A stretch of DNA of 64,000 nucleotides. Origin: Octopus sinensis (Eukaryota). The position numbers and the translations under genes are program-made. Each line of letters starts with the position of its first letter. Position 1 is the first letter of the stretch. The DNA is taken from NCBI RefSeq assembly GCF_006345805.1, contig NC_043004.1:37386001-37450000 (forward strand). Reading direction: 5' to 3'. The notes beneath the pieces are model-generated. The model saw only the letters and a program-made list of their open reading frames with translations, ran no database searches and was not told the DNA's origin. Of this stretch, positions 1-14,213 are shown in pieces.

Positions 1-1175
1 GTTTCTGTGGCTGGATGTCCTTCCTAATGCCAACCACTTTTTTCAGAGTATACTGGTTGCATTTTTTGTGACTCTGGCATTAGCAAGGTTGCCATATAAC
101 TTGCAAGAAAAGAAAGGTTGGAAGGAAAAAGAAAAGGCCTCTTGAAGTAAATTGGGGAAAAGAGAAAAGCAATGGTTCTATGTTGGATGTTGAGAGGTTA
201 CAGTATGATAGAAGAGCAAGCCCAAATGGCTTGTAATAGAGCTACAAGGCCAACCTCACATTGTATAAGGGTGGTGGGAGTAGCTGGAAAGAGGACTAAA
301 GTGGTGGTGGGATACTGGAGCATCTCAAGACACAGTGGATCATGGGGGTGGACAGTGATCCTGCAAGATAGGGGAGTGGACCAAGGGAACTATGATAAAT
401 GGGGTATAGAGAACGATAGCAGTAAGAGAGATATTTACTACATTTTAATTTCTTTCACAAATTACCTGTTTACTTTTAAAGCAGATAAAAATTTATCAGA
501 GACTAAAAGCATGACAAGGATGCATGAGATTCATGGATTGTTTGGCAGGATAGGAGTTGGTCTTTTCTTGTATTTAAGATTACAGATGTTGATTTTCTGG
601 TGGGAAAATGGATTTGAGAAAAAGTTTATAATTTAAAAAGCAGTCAGATGCAAAGAAATGGCTTATGAGAGTTGCTCAATATATAAAATCTACAAAAGCT
701 TTTTTATTTTCATGAAATCTTAAAGAAGAGATGGAGAATGAGAAAGTGAAGTTGATAAGTGTAAAATGTAAATATGTGGTTGATGGGAAAACCTGGGAAT
801 ATAGTTTTATATTGATATGTTCTATAAAATCTAGACAGCATTAATTTTTTTTGGTGCAGGAGGTAGTAAGTGAAATAGTTTAAAGTGGAGAGTGCAAAGT
901 CCATCTAAATAAGATGCAGTGAAGGTTTTGCACAATGTGGAGCTTAGACTGGATTGCTGTTAGTAAGAAGAGATTGTTGTTACTTAATATAGTTTAGGGT
1001 GTTGGTGAAACTGATATATTGCCCCCAGATAAACTGTTATGGCATCTTTGGGCCTTGTAGATTAAAAACAAGTGCTCAGTGTTCAAGTACCACTTCCTTC
1101 TGAGAGAAAGCTAAGTTTCTTTGATATAGTTTAGTAATGCTAAAAAGTGTAGAGCATTTCTTGAAATAATATTAA

Positions 1176-1397
1176 CCCTTTAGCATTTAAACCGGGCATA
1201 TCCGGCCAAAAGTATTCTGCCAGTTTTATGTTCAAACTGGCCAGATCTGGTCTCTCACACCAGCCCTACAATATCGTCTTAAAAATTAACAGCTACCTCA
1301 TCAAAATCTCATGGCTATAAGATAATGCATGATTAGTTCAAAACAATGTGGATAAAAAAAGCATTAATTTTGGCAGAATAATGCGAACACTAAAGGG
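1176..1397. mobile_element. piggyBac-type MITE
   Basis: TTAA|CCCTTTAG ... CTAAAGGG|TTAA: TTAA target duplication with CCC-starting TIRs, no coding capacity. Confidence 0.75.
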
Positions 1398-2049
1398 TTA
1401 ATGTTGCTAGTGTGGAGGGAATATTATATCCCAATAACATTTGTGAGCAATTCATTGATATATCGTAGTGTTGTATTGTTTGGAACTCCATTGGATGGTT
1501 CTCTCAGTTAACAAAAGAGATATACAAGCATTTATAGTCTTTATATACACACATATATGTTTATAGATTGACAGACAGACGGACAGATAGATTGCATTAA
1601 TTTTGTTTTGATACAGTATAATTAACATACAATACTTTCTATTGTATGCTTTTAAATGCTTATCATTTGCTTTTAGTGCAACAAACTTACAACTTACTTA
1701 ACATTCATCAGAAAAGATATTGTTCTTTGATATTCTTATATGACTTATTAAATGACTCTCCACTAATTACATTCAATGCCAGCTGTTGCAACCATGTTTT
1801 CTAAGCCATTGTTTTGTAGTTGAGATTTATTGAATTTAGTCAATTGTTTCTACAATGCCAATAGAAATTCTATTATCTAAACTTTGGTAATAGATTATAT
1901 ACAGAAACCATGTACAGAGATGTCGTCAGGAAGGTGAGAGTAAGCAGTAGGTACAGTAATGGATTTAGAATATCAGCAGGGGTCCATCAGGCTCAGTTCT
2001 CAGTCCTTCCTATTTTAGTTCGCCAAGCAATAAGAGAGGCGATTAAGAT

Positions 2050-3240
2050 GAGTTTTCATAGCTGAATCTGTAGTCGCATTGGAGAAGAAATTCCAGACTT
2101 AGAATAAAACCTGGAATTAGGAGGCCTTAAAGTGGACTTAGGAAAGACTAAGGTTGTAGTAATGAGAAAAGAAGACAGGAGTCTGCTTTCATCAGAGAAT
2201 TGATTATGATTGATATGTAGAAAAGGGGTAGGCAGCAATTCTAAATGGTATGTCCAGTGTAAATTGGGAATATAGTGGGATCACAGGCAGGTTAACAGAG
2301 AAGGTAGACTTTGTATGTGGCTGATACAAATATGAGCACATGGGAAATGGATTCTCTTAAATGCACTGAAGGCTTCCTAGAAATATTTGACAGTTTCTGT
2401 TATCTAGACGACTTCATTAGCAATGGAGGTGAATGTTTCAAAAGTCTTGTAGTCAGAATAAGAATAGAAAAAGTTCAGGGAGTTATTACTTATTTTTGGC
2501 TACAAAGAGTTTCTTTCTCAGAGTGGAATGTAAATTGTATGATGCTTGTGTATAAACTGTGGTGCTGCATGGTAATGCGCCATGAGCCTTGAAAACTTGT
2601 GAGGACAAGGCAGAAAGGAAGCTAAACTAACATTGGTGTACATGAATGATGGAGTACAAATGAGGCAAGAGGACATCTGGATGCAAGAAGTACAAAGGAG
2701 AAAACTTGCCCAAGGTGGGCATGTGATGCATACGGAGGATGACAGTTGTATAAAGAAGTTCAGATTGCTCAAAGTTGATGAAACCTGGTTCTCAAATGGG
2801 GTCCATATAAGATTTTGGGGGGTGCACACAACAAGATAGTCAGTTGGGTATCCAGAGTGGTATTTTAATGGCTCCTGAAAGAAATTTTACTTTAGATGTA
2901 AGCATTGGTATGTATTGCAAGAAAGTTTCTTTCGCTAACATTTTATGTAGTTCAACCTACACAAGTTAATGTGAGAAAAACAAAATAGGAATTTTGAAAG
3001 AAATTTTGGAGTGGGGGGGGTCCATCAAAATAAAATAGTAATCAAAGGGGTCCATAGATAAAAAATGGTTGAGAACCCCTGCTGTAGAAGGAGGAGACCT
3101 AGGAAGATATGGATTGAATTGGTGAAGACTGATCTCAAGATGATGACACAGGACGGATATGGTTAGCAATATGCATCGCTGGAGAAGATTCATTCATCCC
3201 TAAACCATAGCAAAATGAACCTTAAAAACTAACGATAATG
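2050..3240 (+). mobile_element. Degraded RTE LINE 3' fragment interrupted by a probable hAT-type MITE (~2783-3080)
   Basis: Post-RT RTE sequence similar to 6336-7240 and 20820-21660; MITE ends GGTTCTCAA ... TTGAGAACCCCTG. Confidence 0.6.
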
Positions 3241-4024
3241 ATATAAGGTGATGGCAAGGGAAGTATCTATATTTGGGTTTCTTGCCCAGTAGTCCTAGTT
3301 AAGTGTCCATCTGCTACTTCATCTCTCATTCACCTTCTCTTCTATCCTCCATACAATACATCTCATGCAACTAGAAATGATATTTTTCCTATATGACCCA
3401 CCCGTTTCACCAATATTTACTCATCTCTATTCACTGTACAGAGCCACCCATGTAACAAGGATTGTTTTAGACTTAGGTCTATTCAATCCCAACAACCTTA
3501 TCACTTAAGTATTCATTATATTCTTCCATGACTCAATCTTACCATTGGACCTCTCTATCACTATCCATAACATTCACTCTCCTCCAACTAATCACCCTCC
3601 AACACCATTTTAACTATCATTCTCTCACTCCTTCTATTCACCTTCTGAGTCAGTGCCTTGAGAGAACAAACAACCCACAGAATAACGATGACTCTTTACA
3701 CAGTACAAGGCAGTGTCACTAGTGCTGGTGCTATCATAAAACGCTCCCAGTACTACACTCTGTAAAGTGGGTGGTGTTAGGAAGGGTATCCAGCCATAGG
3801 AACCAAGCCAAAAATGAAATGCTCAGGCAAAATCTGGTCCTCTGATCCATCTGGGAGACTGAAGAAGACTTGACAAGATAGTGGTGAGAAACTATCCCAA
3901 GATAATAATCTGATGAAAGAGATGTTGGAGGACCATGTCAACTGGTGATAAGTGATGCTGCAAAAGACCAAGCCCCTAAAATACTGGGGTAGTGATGATA
4001 GCTGGGATATATATATATATATAG

Positions 4025-4055
<31 letters not shown>

Positions 4056-4867
4056 TTACATGCATGGCTGAGCCTTTGCTGACTCACACCCTCACATCCC
4101 TTTTCCTATTCACTCTACCTTCTCATCTCCTTATCTCTTCTACCATGTCACCTGTAATTAAGAGGAAAGCATTCGATCTGTGTGTATCCAATACCTATCA
4201 CCTATCTCTCATATCTTAAGTGATTTGAACTCCATATATTACTGCTTTTTAAACTCAGAATTGTAAACAAGGAACTAGATACCATACATCTAAGCCAGAG
4301 TTCTACCTTCTGTGGCAACTCTACCAATTTAATAACTTTTAGTATTTATTGAATCAACTCCAATGAGATTTGAACTTATAGATGAATACATTATCCAACA
4401 TTTGACTATTTTTGCTGTTCCACTTCCTTCAAATAATAATTCAGATCACTGCTGAAAGAACTCTTGTATATTTGATGATAGATCAAACACTTTTTTTTAT
4501 CAAAAGCCAGGAAAAATCATCACTGCAATTTTTGCTGCTGGTCTAAGACTTATTGCAACAGTCTTTAAGATGGCATTATCAACATGGTAGGTATGAACAC
4601 TGAACAAAGCAGAATGTAAAATCATTTTCCATACACCTTTTGATGATTACTGAGTTGCTTTCGTTATATTATAGAAACAGGTTGCAGAAACTTAGTTTCT
4701 AGAAAGTTCTAGTATAACTTGTTAACAAATATTTCTTTTCAATCAGAGGGCTTTATTTATTCTGTTCATTCTTCAGTATTTCTATTTCAATATCTCAGAT
4801 TTCAGACATATCTAATTGTATTTTTTTATTGTAACTTATTACTAACATATTTTTTAATGTTTTTTAG

Positions 4868-4933
4868 ATTAAACATATGATGGCCTTTATAGAACAAGAG
4901 GCTAATGAAAAGGCTGAAGAAATTGATGTAAAG
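4868..4933 (+). CDS. ATP6V1E1: ATP6V1E exon 2
   Basis: tttttag|ATTAAACAT...GTAAAG|gtcagt; [22 protein letters not shown]. Confidence 0.97.
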
Positions 4934-7900
4934 GTCAGTAAACATTTGAAAAGAATACAAAATTTTTGAAAGTCTTTGATTAAAGAAATTCCTGTTTCAT
5001 GCTTTGGAAATTGTACTTGTTTGGCAAGTGACTGACTTGATATCAAGTGTTGAAAATGAAAGAGTTAGGTTGTGGAATAGTTGGTCATTTAATGCATACA
5101 CCCATGGAATTATATTCCCCTTTAAATCTATCACAGCGGTAATTTATTCTAGCTGTCTTTGAGTCCTTTGATGTGTTTAAGTTTATTCCAGTTCCATTAT
5201 CATTGGATGGTTGTAATTCCATTCATAACTACTGACTCCTAGGTTGTTGCCTTCACATTTATTTCCTGTTTTTCATTCAGTCAGGTGGGAATGAAATGCG
5301 ATAGCATTACTGTGTATTTATAATGAATCAAAGTATGTTTGCAGTATCTGTCTGTAGCATAATGTCTACCTCCAATATAATGTCTTTCTATAAACTATGT
5401 CTGGTATTACATTATTAAGGAACTTATTTATAGTATGTATCCAAAATAGAAACCCATATACATACACAAAATATTATGCAACAGATCTACAGGTGGAAGA
5501 AGCATGTGCACATATTAAGTAGGGTACACTGATGTTTTCCCATTGACAGTTAAGACAAGGCTTGTACTTTAATATGTAGACTGGTTCAGTAACCTCATCC
5601 TAAATCTAGAGCATAAATATTTGTAAATATTCTTTTCTACTCTAGGCATGAGGCCCGAAATTTTTGGAGAGGAGGCCAGTCGATTAGATCAACCAGTTAT
5701 GTACTGGTGCTTAATTTATCGACCCCGAAAGGCAAAGTCGACCTCAGCGGAATTTGAACTCACAACGTAAAGACAGACGAAATGCAACATTTGTAAATAT
5801 TATATAAACACTGAATCAGAGTAATCATGTCAGTGATCAGGTTATGCATCTACAATGAAGACTTCGGACACTTTTATAGTATTGAATTCAAGGCAGGCTG
5901 CCCCTGAGAGCTACTCTATGCTGATGACCTTGCTCTAATAGTCTAAATGTGGAGGCGCAATGGCCCAGTGGTTAGGGCAGCGGACTCGCGGTCATAGGAT
6001 CGCGGTTTCGATTCCCAGACCGGGCGTTGTGTTTATTGAGCGAAAACACCTAAAGCTCCACGAGGTTCCGGCAGGGGATGGTGGTGATCTCTGCTGTACT
6101 CTTTCACTACAACTTTCTCTCACTCTTACTTCCTGTTTCTGTTGTACCTGTATTTCAAAGGGCCGGCCTTGTCACTCTCTGTGTCACGCTGAATATCCCC
6201 GAGAACTACGTTAAGGGTACACGTGTCTGTGGAGTGCTCAGCCACTTACACGTTAATTTCACGAGCAGGCTGTTCCGTTGATTCGGATCAACCGGAACCC
6301 TCGTCGTCGTAACCGACGGAGTGCTTCCAATAGTCGAGTCACTACCACAGCTAGAGATGAGGTTTAGGATGTGGAAGCAAAGTCTAGAATCGAAAGGCCT
6401 TAGGGTTAACCTAGCAAAAACCGAAGTCTTAGTAAGTAGGAGGGCTGACAAATCACAAACCCCTTCAGGTAGATGGCCTTGTTTGATCTGTAGAAAAGGC
6501 ATTGGTAGAAACTCTATACAATGTACCCAGTGTAAGCTATGGACGCATAAAAGGTGCAGCAATATCAAAGGAAGGTTAACTGGGAAGATAGTTTTTGTGT
6601 GTGGCAGATGCACAGGAGCAATAAACACTGAAGATGTACAGAAAACAGATTCCATTACCTGCCAGGGAAAAAGAAACTAGAAGTAGTTGATCCCTTCCAC
6701 TACCTAAGCGACCAAGTCTGTAGTGGGAGTGGTTACTCTGAGAGTGTATCAGCTAGAATAAGAATAGCCTGGGCAAAGTTCAGAGAGCTTCTACCTCTTC
6801 TGGTAACTATGGGCCTCTCGCTCAGAGTGAAAGGTAGACTGTATGATGCATGTGTTCAGACTGTCATGCTACATGGCAGTGAAACATGGGCCATGACTAC
6901 TGATGACATGCATAGGCTTGAAAGAAATGAAGCTAGTATGCTCCGATGGATGTGTAATGTCAGTGTGCATACATGACAGTGTGAGTGCCCTGAGAGAGAT
7001 CGGACATAAGAAGTATCAGATGTAGTGTGCAAGAGAGATGACTGTGCTGGTATGGTTATGTGTTGCGTATGGATGAAGACAGCTGTGGAAGGAACCTGTA
7101 GAAGAGGTAGACCCAGGAAGACATGGGATGAGATGGTGAGGCATGGCCTTCGAACACTGAGCCTCACAGAGACAATGACAGGAGATTGATACCATTGAAG
7201 GTATGCTTTGATTGAGAAGACTCAGCAACTAAAGCTGATGCCAATGTTGCATGTCCGGCCCATTTAAAAGTACCCTTGATGCATTGGGTGATATGATATG
7301 CGTGAGAAGAGCTGTTGTGTCAAGTAAAATCAAAATCACAGCTGTGGCCAGTGCTCCTTGACTGGCTCTCGTTCCTTCTCTAGTTTTAAGTTGGAAAATG
7401 CTCAGAGGATGAAAAATGTAGAGGAAAGAGTGTACATGTTTTGGCTTATTAATGATTTTATAAATGAAAATACATTCCTATGTTTTTGGGTCAAACAACC
7501 AATAAGTCAGCAAGCATGACTGGTTTAGAAGCTCACTTTGCTATCGTGTGATTTCAGGTTCTGTTCCACTCTGTGGTACCTTGAGCAAGTGTATTCTATA
7601 GTCCTTACCCTACCGCCAAACCACTTCCATATCTTATCATCCCTTTCTCAAAATATTTCCATCAATCACCTATTTTCTGTGCCTTCAGCCATTGCTCTCT
7701 CCACCCCATTACATCTTAACACTTCTCTTATATCTGCTGTTATACCCCATTTACCAAAGCTCCTCTGCTTTATGTACTTCTCTCTCACTACTCCTACACC
7801 TTGCACATCATTCTCTTACTCTATGAATTATTTTCCTTCTTCAGTCACTCCTTTCTTTCTCACCTCTATCCCCATCTCTAACCCTCTCGTATTTTCCCTC

Positions 7901-10571
7901 TCATACTCTTATGAAACTCCCACCCCTGTGATCCACTCTCTGAAAATCCTCTCTCATACCCACTTTCTTATATCTTGAGATGCTCTGGCATCCTATCACT
8001 ACCCTGTCTATCTTCTTTCCAATTACCTCCACCCTTGTATAATATAGAGTACCCTAACCAAGAATATAGCATCTTTTGTGCTTTTATCTAGCACAAATCT
8101 GAACTGCATCTCATCTACACTAACTCTCTTCCTAATTAATTAGGATATGACCTTTTCTGTGAGGTCCAGCAATTTGATGCCTCTAATTATTTCTGTCTAA
8201 AGCATCACTTTTGCCTTTGTAGCAGTTGACTATAATGCTGCTACACCAATCATTGGGTATGACTCCTTTGTGGACAACCTAATTTACATGGGTGACTAGG
8301 CCATATCCAACTCCGCCAGATATTTTAAGCATCTCCCGAGAACTTTCCCTTTCTTCATATCCTTAACTGCTTTTTCTACCAAGCTACTGTTAATTCAGAT
8401 AGCTGGTCCCTCAGTTGGGTCTACATTAGGCAGACTCTAACTTCTCCCATGCATTCTCTACATTTAACAGCCTCTCATAATGACATTTCCAAGCCTCTGC
8501 AGGATCACTAACTGCAAGTGAACCATTGTCCATACAGACACACTTCTCTCCTATGACATCTCAATTTCCTCTCACTTTTCTCTGCCTTGATGATGATGAG
8601 ATATATATATCCTAATGTTAAACATGTTATCAGCACCATCTGCTGCTGAGAGAAGTAGAAATATGCAAGGCTTACAAAATAATTATCAAATAATTGTTAG
8701 TGACAGAAGCAAGTATTAATATCGAAAGATAATACTTATCCCCTTTTAAAAGTGGATATTTTGTAGAACACAGAATACTACAATAGTTACCATGAGAAAA
8801 TCTCTCATATGGGCTTTTGGTACATATAAGCATTCTTGTTTACATTGTTAGCAGGAGATAAATCACTTGCCACTGCTGAGATTTATCACATGGTTTCGGC
8901 CTTCTCTGGCCTTGTCAAGGATAGATGCTCAACCGCTGGAAATAGCAGTGGTATCTTTGGGTCTCTTTATATTTATTCAGTATTTTTTCCTTCACAAACA
9001 AAAATTATGAAATCTCAAATTGCATTGAAGGAATACAGCCACTGAGAGAAAATATAATCCATGTAACCATCTTACTTCCTCACATCCAGTGAAATCCAGA
9101 TACAAAAAAAGATCTAACAATATCTGTTATGTCTAAAATGGGAAAGATGTTGAATTGCTGCTTAAGAGTTGAATGATAATCATTGGCAATCTTGGTTTTT
9201 TAAACAAAGGATTTTGTATGAACTTTCTTCTGAAATATGTAATCCTTCATTTGTTTAACATCATTTTAAGGATTGAAAAGTGAATAGGTCAGCACAATAA
9301 CCAGATTGTGTTATTCTTTTAGGGCATTTTCAGAACATTTTGTTATCAACAGACACACACATTTACTGTACAGAATCCAATTTTGTGTACAACATTTTGA
9401 ATTTGCTTTTTCAGGCAGAAGAAGAATTTAATATTGAAAAAGGCCGTTTGGTTCAACAACAAAGAGTAAAGATTCTGGAATATTATGAACGTAAAGAAAA
9501 ACAAGTTGAGCTTCAAAAGAAAATGTATGTTAAATTTCCTTTTTAATGACTTCAACTTGCAAATGTTTTTGACATTAAACAATTAATAAATCTGAGCTTG
9601 CTGCTAGTTGCTGTGTAACTTGTTGATGTCCATAAAAGATTCTTAATTTGTTGAAGTGACATGTCTATGCTGTTGTATTAAAGAAATTCTAGGTTACCTG
9701 TCAATAAATATAATTATTGGTGGTATGTTAAATAGTTGAGAAAAAGGGCTCCTTAATGACATTTTAACCATTTAAGAACATAAAAACTGTTATTCATGGA
9801 TAAGTTACCTTAACGTTACCAAATATCACCACTTTGTTTCTGCAACACTGATTGCTATCTTCTCATGTAAACCAACAACAGCACGCAGCTGCTGGGAATA
9901 TATGTGATTATTAAATACTGATGTAATTCATTAATATAATAACTACACATATATTGATATATTTTTAATTTATAATTTTCAATTACTAATCATTCGAAAA
10001 ATAGATAATGGTAGACCTCACTGTAGCACTAAAATTAACACTTGTCAGTTGCCCAAGTCAACTCAAAGCCTGACTTTCAGCATATAAGGTACAGGGTGTG
10101 GGAAATTTTGATGGTGGGGAAAAAGCTAACTTTATATGCCAGAAAATATGGTACATTGGTATGGTATAATTGTGTATACATTACTTATAGTATTCCATGT
10201 AGTGTGTGTACATACATACATACATATGTTATATATATATACACACGTATATGTATATATATAAAAAAGCGATAAACGTTGCTCTTTTCAAGCCTAGCCA
10301 GGCTCATGGGCCCGGTTTCTATAGTGTATGTGTCCCCCCCCCCCCAGCTGGACAGGACGCCAGTCCATCGCAGTGTTACTCAAACAGGAAGAGAGAGTGA
10401 GAGAAAGCTTTGTTGTGCTAAGTACTGGTTGTCACAAAAGTATTAAAATACATATATACATTCTTTGATAATAATAATAAGAAAATGTTAAAAACAGTTT
10501 ACAAGAAAGTATTTAAGAAAATATTCAACAAAAAGAATTAGGAGTTCATAAAAATCATGTTTGTTTGCTAG

Positions 10572-10626
<55 letters not shown>

Positions 10627-10852
10627 GGTGATATATTTAAGAGTTTACAAAGAATTTGAGAGGAACCAACCTGTCTTCCTAGCATTGTTTGTTAAAAACG
10701 TATTTGAGTACAAATAGAGCTGTCTAACTGTACTTACTCTTCCTTTTGGCTCTCTACTTTTATTTATATATGTATATATTTGTGTGTATATGCGTGTGTG
10801 TGTGTATATGTATGTGTGTATGTGTATATATGTATATGTGTGTGTATATGTA

Positions 10853-10886
<34 letters not shown>

Positions 10887-13800
10887 CACACACACACATG
10901 GCGTTAGGAAGGGCATCCAGCTGTAGAAACACTGCCAGATCAAACTGGAGCCTGGTGCAGCCTCCTGGCTTCCCAGACCCCGGTCGAACCATCCAACCCA
11001 TGCTAATATGGAAAATGGACATTAAACGTTGATGATATATATATATTTGTTGACATATTTTCATGGAAGATTGAGAACAAAGGACATTGTTTACATGCTA
11101 ACCGCTCCCCAGTTGCTTGAAGAGGCTTTTTCCTTTTTCTTTTCCCTTCTGTTTCTTCCTTTTTTTTTTTGCCTTGCAAGTTACCTCACAGCTTTATTAG
11201 TGCCAGTGACACAAAACATATACCCATTACGCTCTGTAAAGTGGTCGGTGTTAGGAAGGGATAAAGAAGCCGTGCCAACACTGGCATTGAAGCTCGATGT
11301 GGCCTAATGGCTTGTCAGATCCTATCAAACCATCGAACCCATGTCAGCATGGAAAAACCTATATTAAATGATGATGGTGGTGGTGGTGGTAGTGATGATG
11401 ATGATGATGCAGAAATTGTTAACGTAACACAATCGAAGCTGTTTAGTATTTGTTGGTATACTTGTGTCACTGTTGTTACTGATCTTTACTGCAACCATCG
11501 AGTGTTGATTGCATCCTTAGTAAAGATCCCTCTTCATATTTCTACATTCAAATTCCGCAATCAATTTAATCTACCCACAAATGTAAACGAAATAAAACCC
11601 ATTATATCATCATCATCATCATCATTTAACGTCCATCATCCATGCTAGCCTGGGTGAGAAGAGTGAATTCAGTATTTCTCATCTTTCTACATAAACCAAT
11701 CATTATTACTACTTTTAATGTTGTGAGTTTATAGGAATGTAGTGCTAGGCTAAATATCTTGTATATTTAAATTCTTGAAGGGTTTGCATTCTTTTTAATT
11801 TCGCTCAAAGCACTAAATACTAGTTACTTAGTGGTTGATTCAACTGGTTAGTTTTAAATTTATGTCAATCTAAGAAATTATTCTTGTTACATTTTTCTCC
11901 TCGAGGACCTAACTTAACATGATGTGCTTCAGATGCTTGCTGTGTTTTGCATCTTCTAATAAGAGTGTAGAAGGATGATGCCTGTACGATTTATTATTTA
12001 CTATCAAGGGAAGGAAATAGAAGTGGTATGGTACTGGATAAAGAATTCACAGTATTTAGTTGTGTCTCTCTATGATCTGAGTTTCATCTTTTGGGCAGAG
12101 GTGTGAATAAATATTTGCAATTAAGTCTTTCACTGAAAAATTTTGTGACTACCTTTATATTAAATTTAGGAATTCTTGTTATTTTCGTATTTTCTCTTTC
12201 TTTTTTCAGCCAAAGCTCAAATCTTTTAAACCAAGCACGTTTGAAAGTCCTCAGAGATCGAGAAGAGCATATAAAAGTAAATAACATTTGATAGTTTACT
12301 TATATTTTTAATTTTTGTATCTTTTATCTTTTATTTGTTTCCATCATTGGACTGTGGCCATGCTGGGGCACTGCTTTGAAAGATTTAATCAAATTAACCT
12401 CAGGACTTTTCTTTAAGTATGGTACTTGTTCTTTCGGTTTCTTTTGTCAAACTAATAAGTTAATGGGAACATAAACAAACCAACACTGGTTATCAAGTAG
12501 CAGCAAGGGACAAACACACACACACACACACACTTATATACAATGGGTATGCACACAATTTCCATCTACCATCGTCACTCACAGGGCATTGGTCATCCCG
12601 GGGCTATAGGAGAAGACACTTGCCCAAGGTGTTGCACAGTGGAACTGAACCCAAAACAATGTGGTTGCAAGGTTCACACAGCCAAGCCAAGCCTGCAGCA
12701 AAGAAAAAACTATTTCAAATTTCTTTACAATTTATTAAATGAAAAAATTGCTTTGCTAAATACATTTGTATGGTAACTTACTCTAAATATAAATAATTAA
12801 GAATAATAGGGAGCTACTTACAAAGAAATAATTTATTAGCTGAGAAATTTTTGTTATTGATATATATTTTGGACATTATTCATTCAGATATCAAAATTTA
12901 TACATAAAAGGTAGAACTCACATTGAACACTCTGTGAACTACTTTGATTAGGTATCTCTAATAACTGACCTTTTAAAATCTAGTCACCCCTCCCACCCTC
13001 ACCCAAAGTCTCTTCATTTTTCTACCACTAAATTCTCTTCATCAATTCCTCTAAAATTAAAGAAATTATTCTGTTCAAGCTTTATCTCTTTACTTTGTTT
13101 TGCTTTCTTTATCTAAATGAGTTTGATGTATAAACTTCAATTTAATTTAGAAATAGAAACCAGAACCTTTTGTGGACATATTTGGGTGGACAACTATACT
13201 GACAAGAACATATGAGATTTAACAAAGTTAAAAGTAAAAATATAAGCTAACGGCCAACAGCCATTTAGTGATACCAGTGCCGGTGGCACATAAGAGAACC
13301 ATCCGAACGTGGCCGTTGCCAGCGCTGCCCCGACTGGCTTCCGTGCCGGTGGCACGTAATAAGCATCATCCGCTTGTGGCCGTTTGCCAGCCTTGTCTGG
13401 CATGTAAAAAGCACCCACTACACTCATGGAGTGGTTGGCGTTAGGAAGGGCATCCAGCCATAGAAACACTGCCAGATCAGACTGGGCCTGGTGCAGCCTT
13501 CTGGCTTCCCAGACACCAGTTGCACCATCCAACCCATGCCAGCATGGAAAGCGGACGCTAAACGATGATGATGATGAAAGCCAAGAAGATTTAGAATAAA
13601 ATTGTGTGATCTAAGAAAACCAGGCCTTATAAAAGATAGTTGTAATTGTATAATTGTTATAATAATGCAGATTGTCTTAAATATTTTCTTTTATTTCTAG
13701 GACGTTTTAGAAGAAGCTCGTCGTCGTCTTGGGCAGGTGACAAATGATAAACACCGTTACAGAGGTATTCTTGAAGGACTCATTACACAGGTAAAAAAGT

Positions 13801-14182
13801 TTTCATCTTAGACAGCAGTATGCTTTAGGGAGGAATTTTGTGACTCGAAATATTTACATAAGAACAATAGAGAAGAGCCTGAAGTAGAGTAGAATAGTAA
13901 ATTATAACAGAATAGATAGATGAATCTACAATTTCTCCCTAGCCATACAGCCTATTCTGCATGGCCAAACCACCTGATCAATCTGAACTAAATTTGGCAT
14001 GAAGGTTTTTCATTACTTGGGGGAGGGGAGTCACTAAATTTTAAACTTTTTTTTTCAAAAACAGAAATGTGTTTTATATACCTGTTGTATATGTTGGTTT
14101 TGTTTTTTCCACTTTAAAGGTAAATGATTCTGATAGAAGTAAACACAATATTGAATAATTCTCTAATATATGTCAACGACCC

Positions 14183-14213
<31 letters not shown>

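Noticed and set aside
172-636. 154-aa ORF and other long ORF-track entries (7538-7978, 10645-11064, 16443-16817, 21157-21720, 47660-48107)
   Set aside because: Low-complexity, microsatellite or antisense-to-repeat frames with no recognisable domains or splice context.
4570-4590. ATGGCATTATCA (MALS) as ATP6V1E exon 1
   Set aside because: It reads MALSTW* with no DADVQKQ-like continuation or in-phase donor; the true exon 1 is probably upstream of the window.
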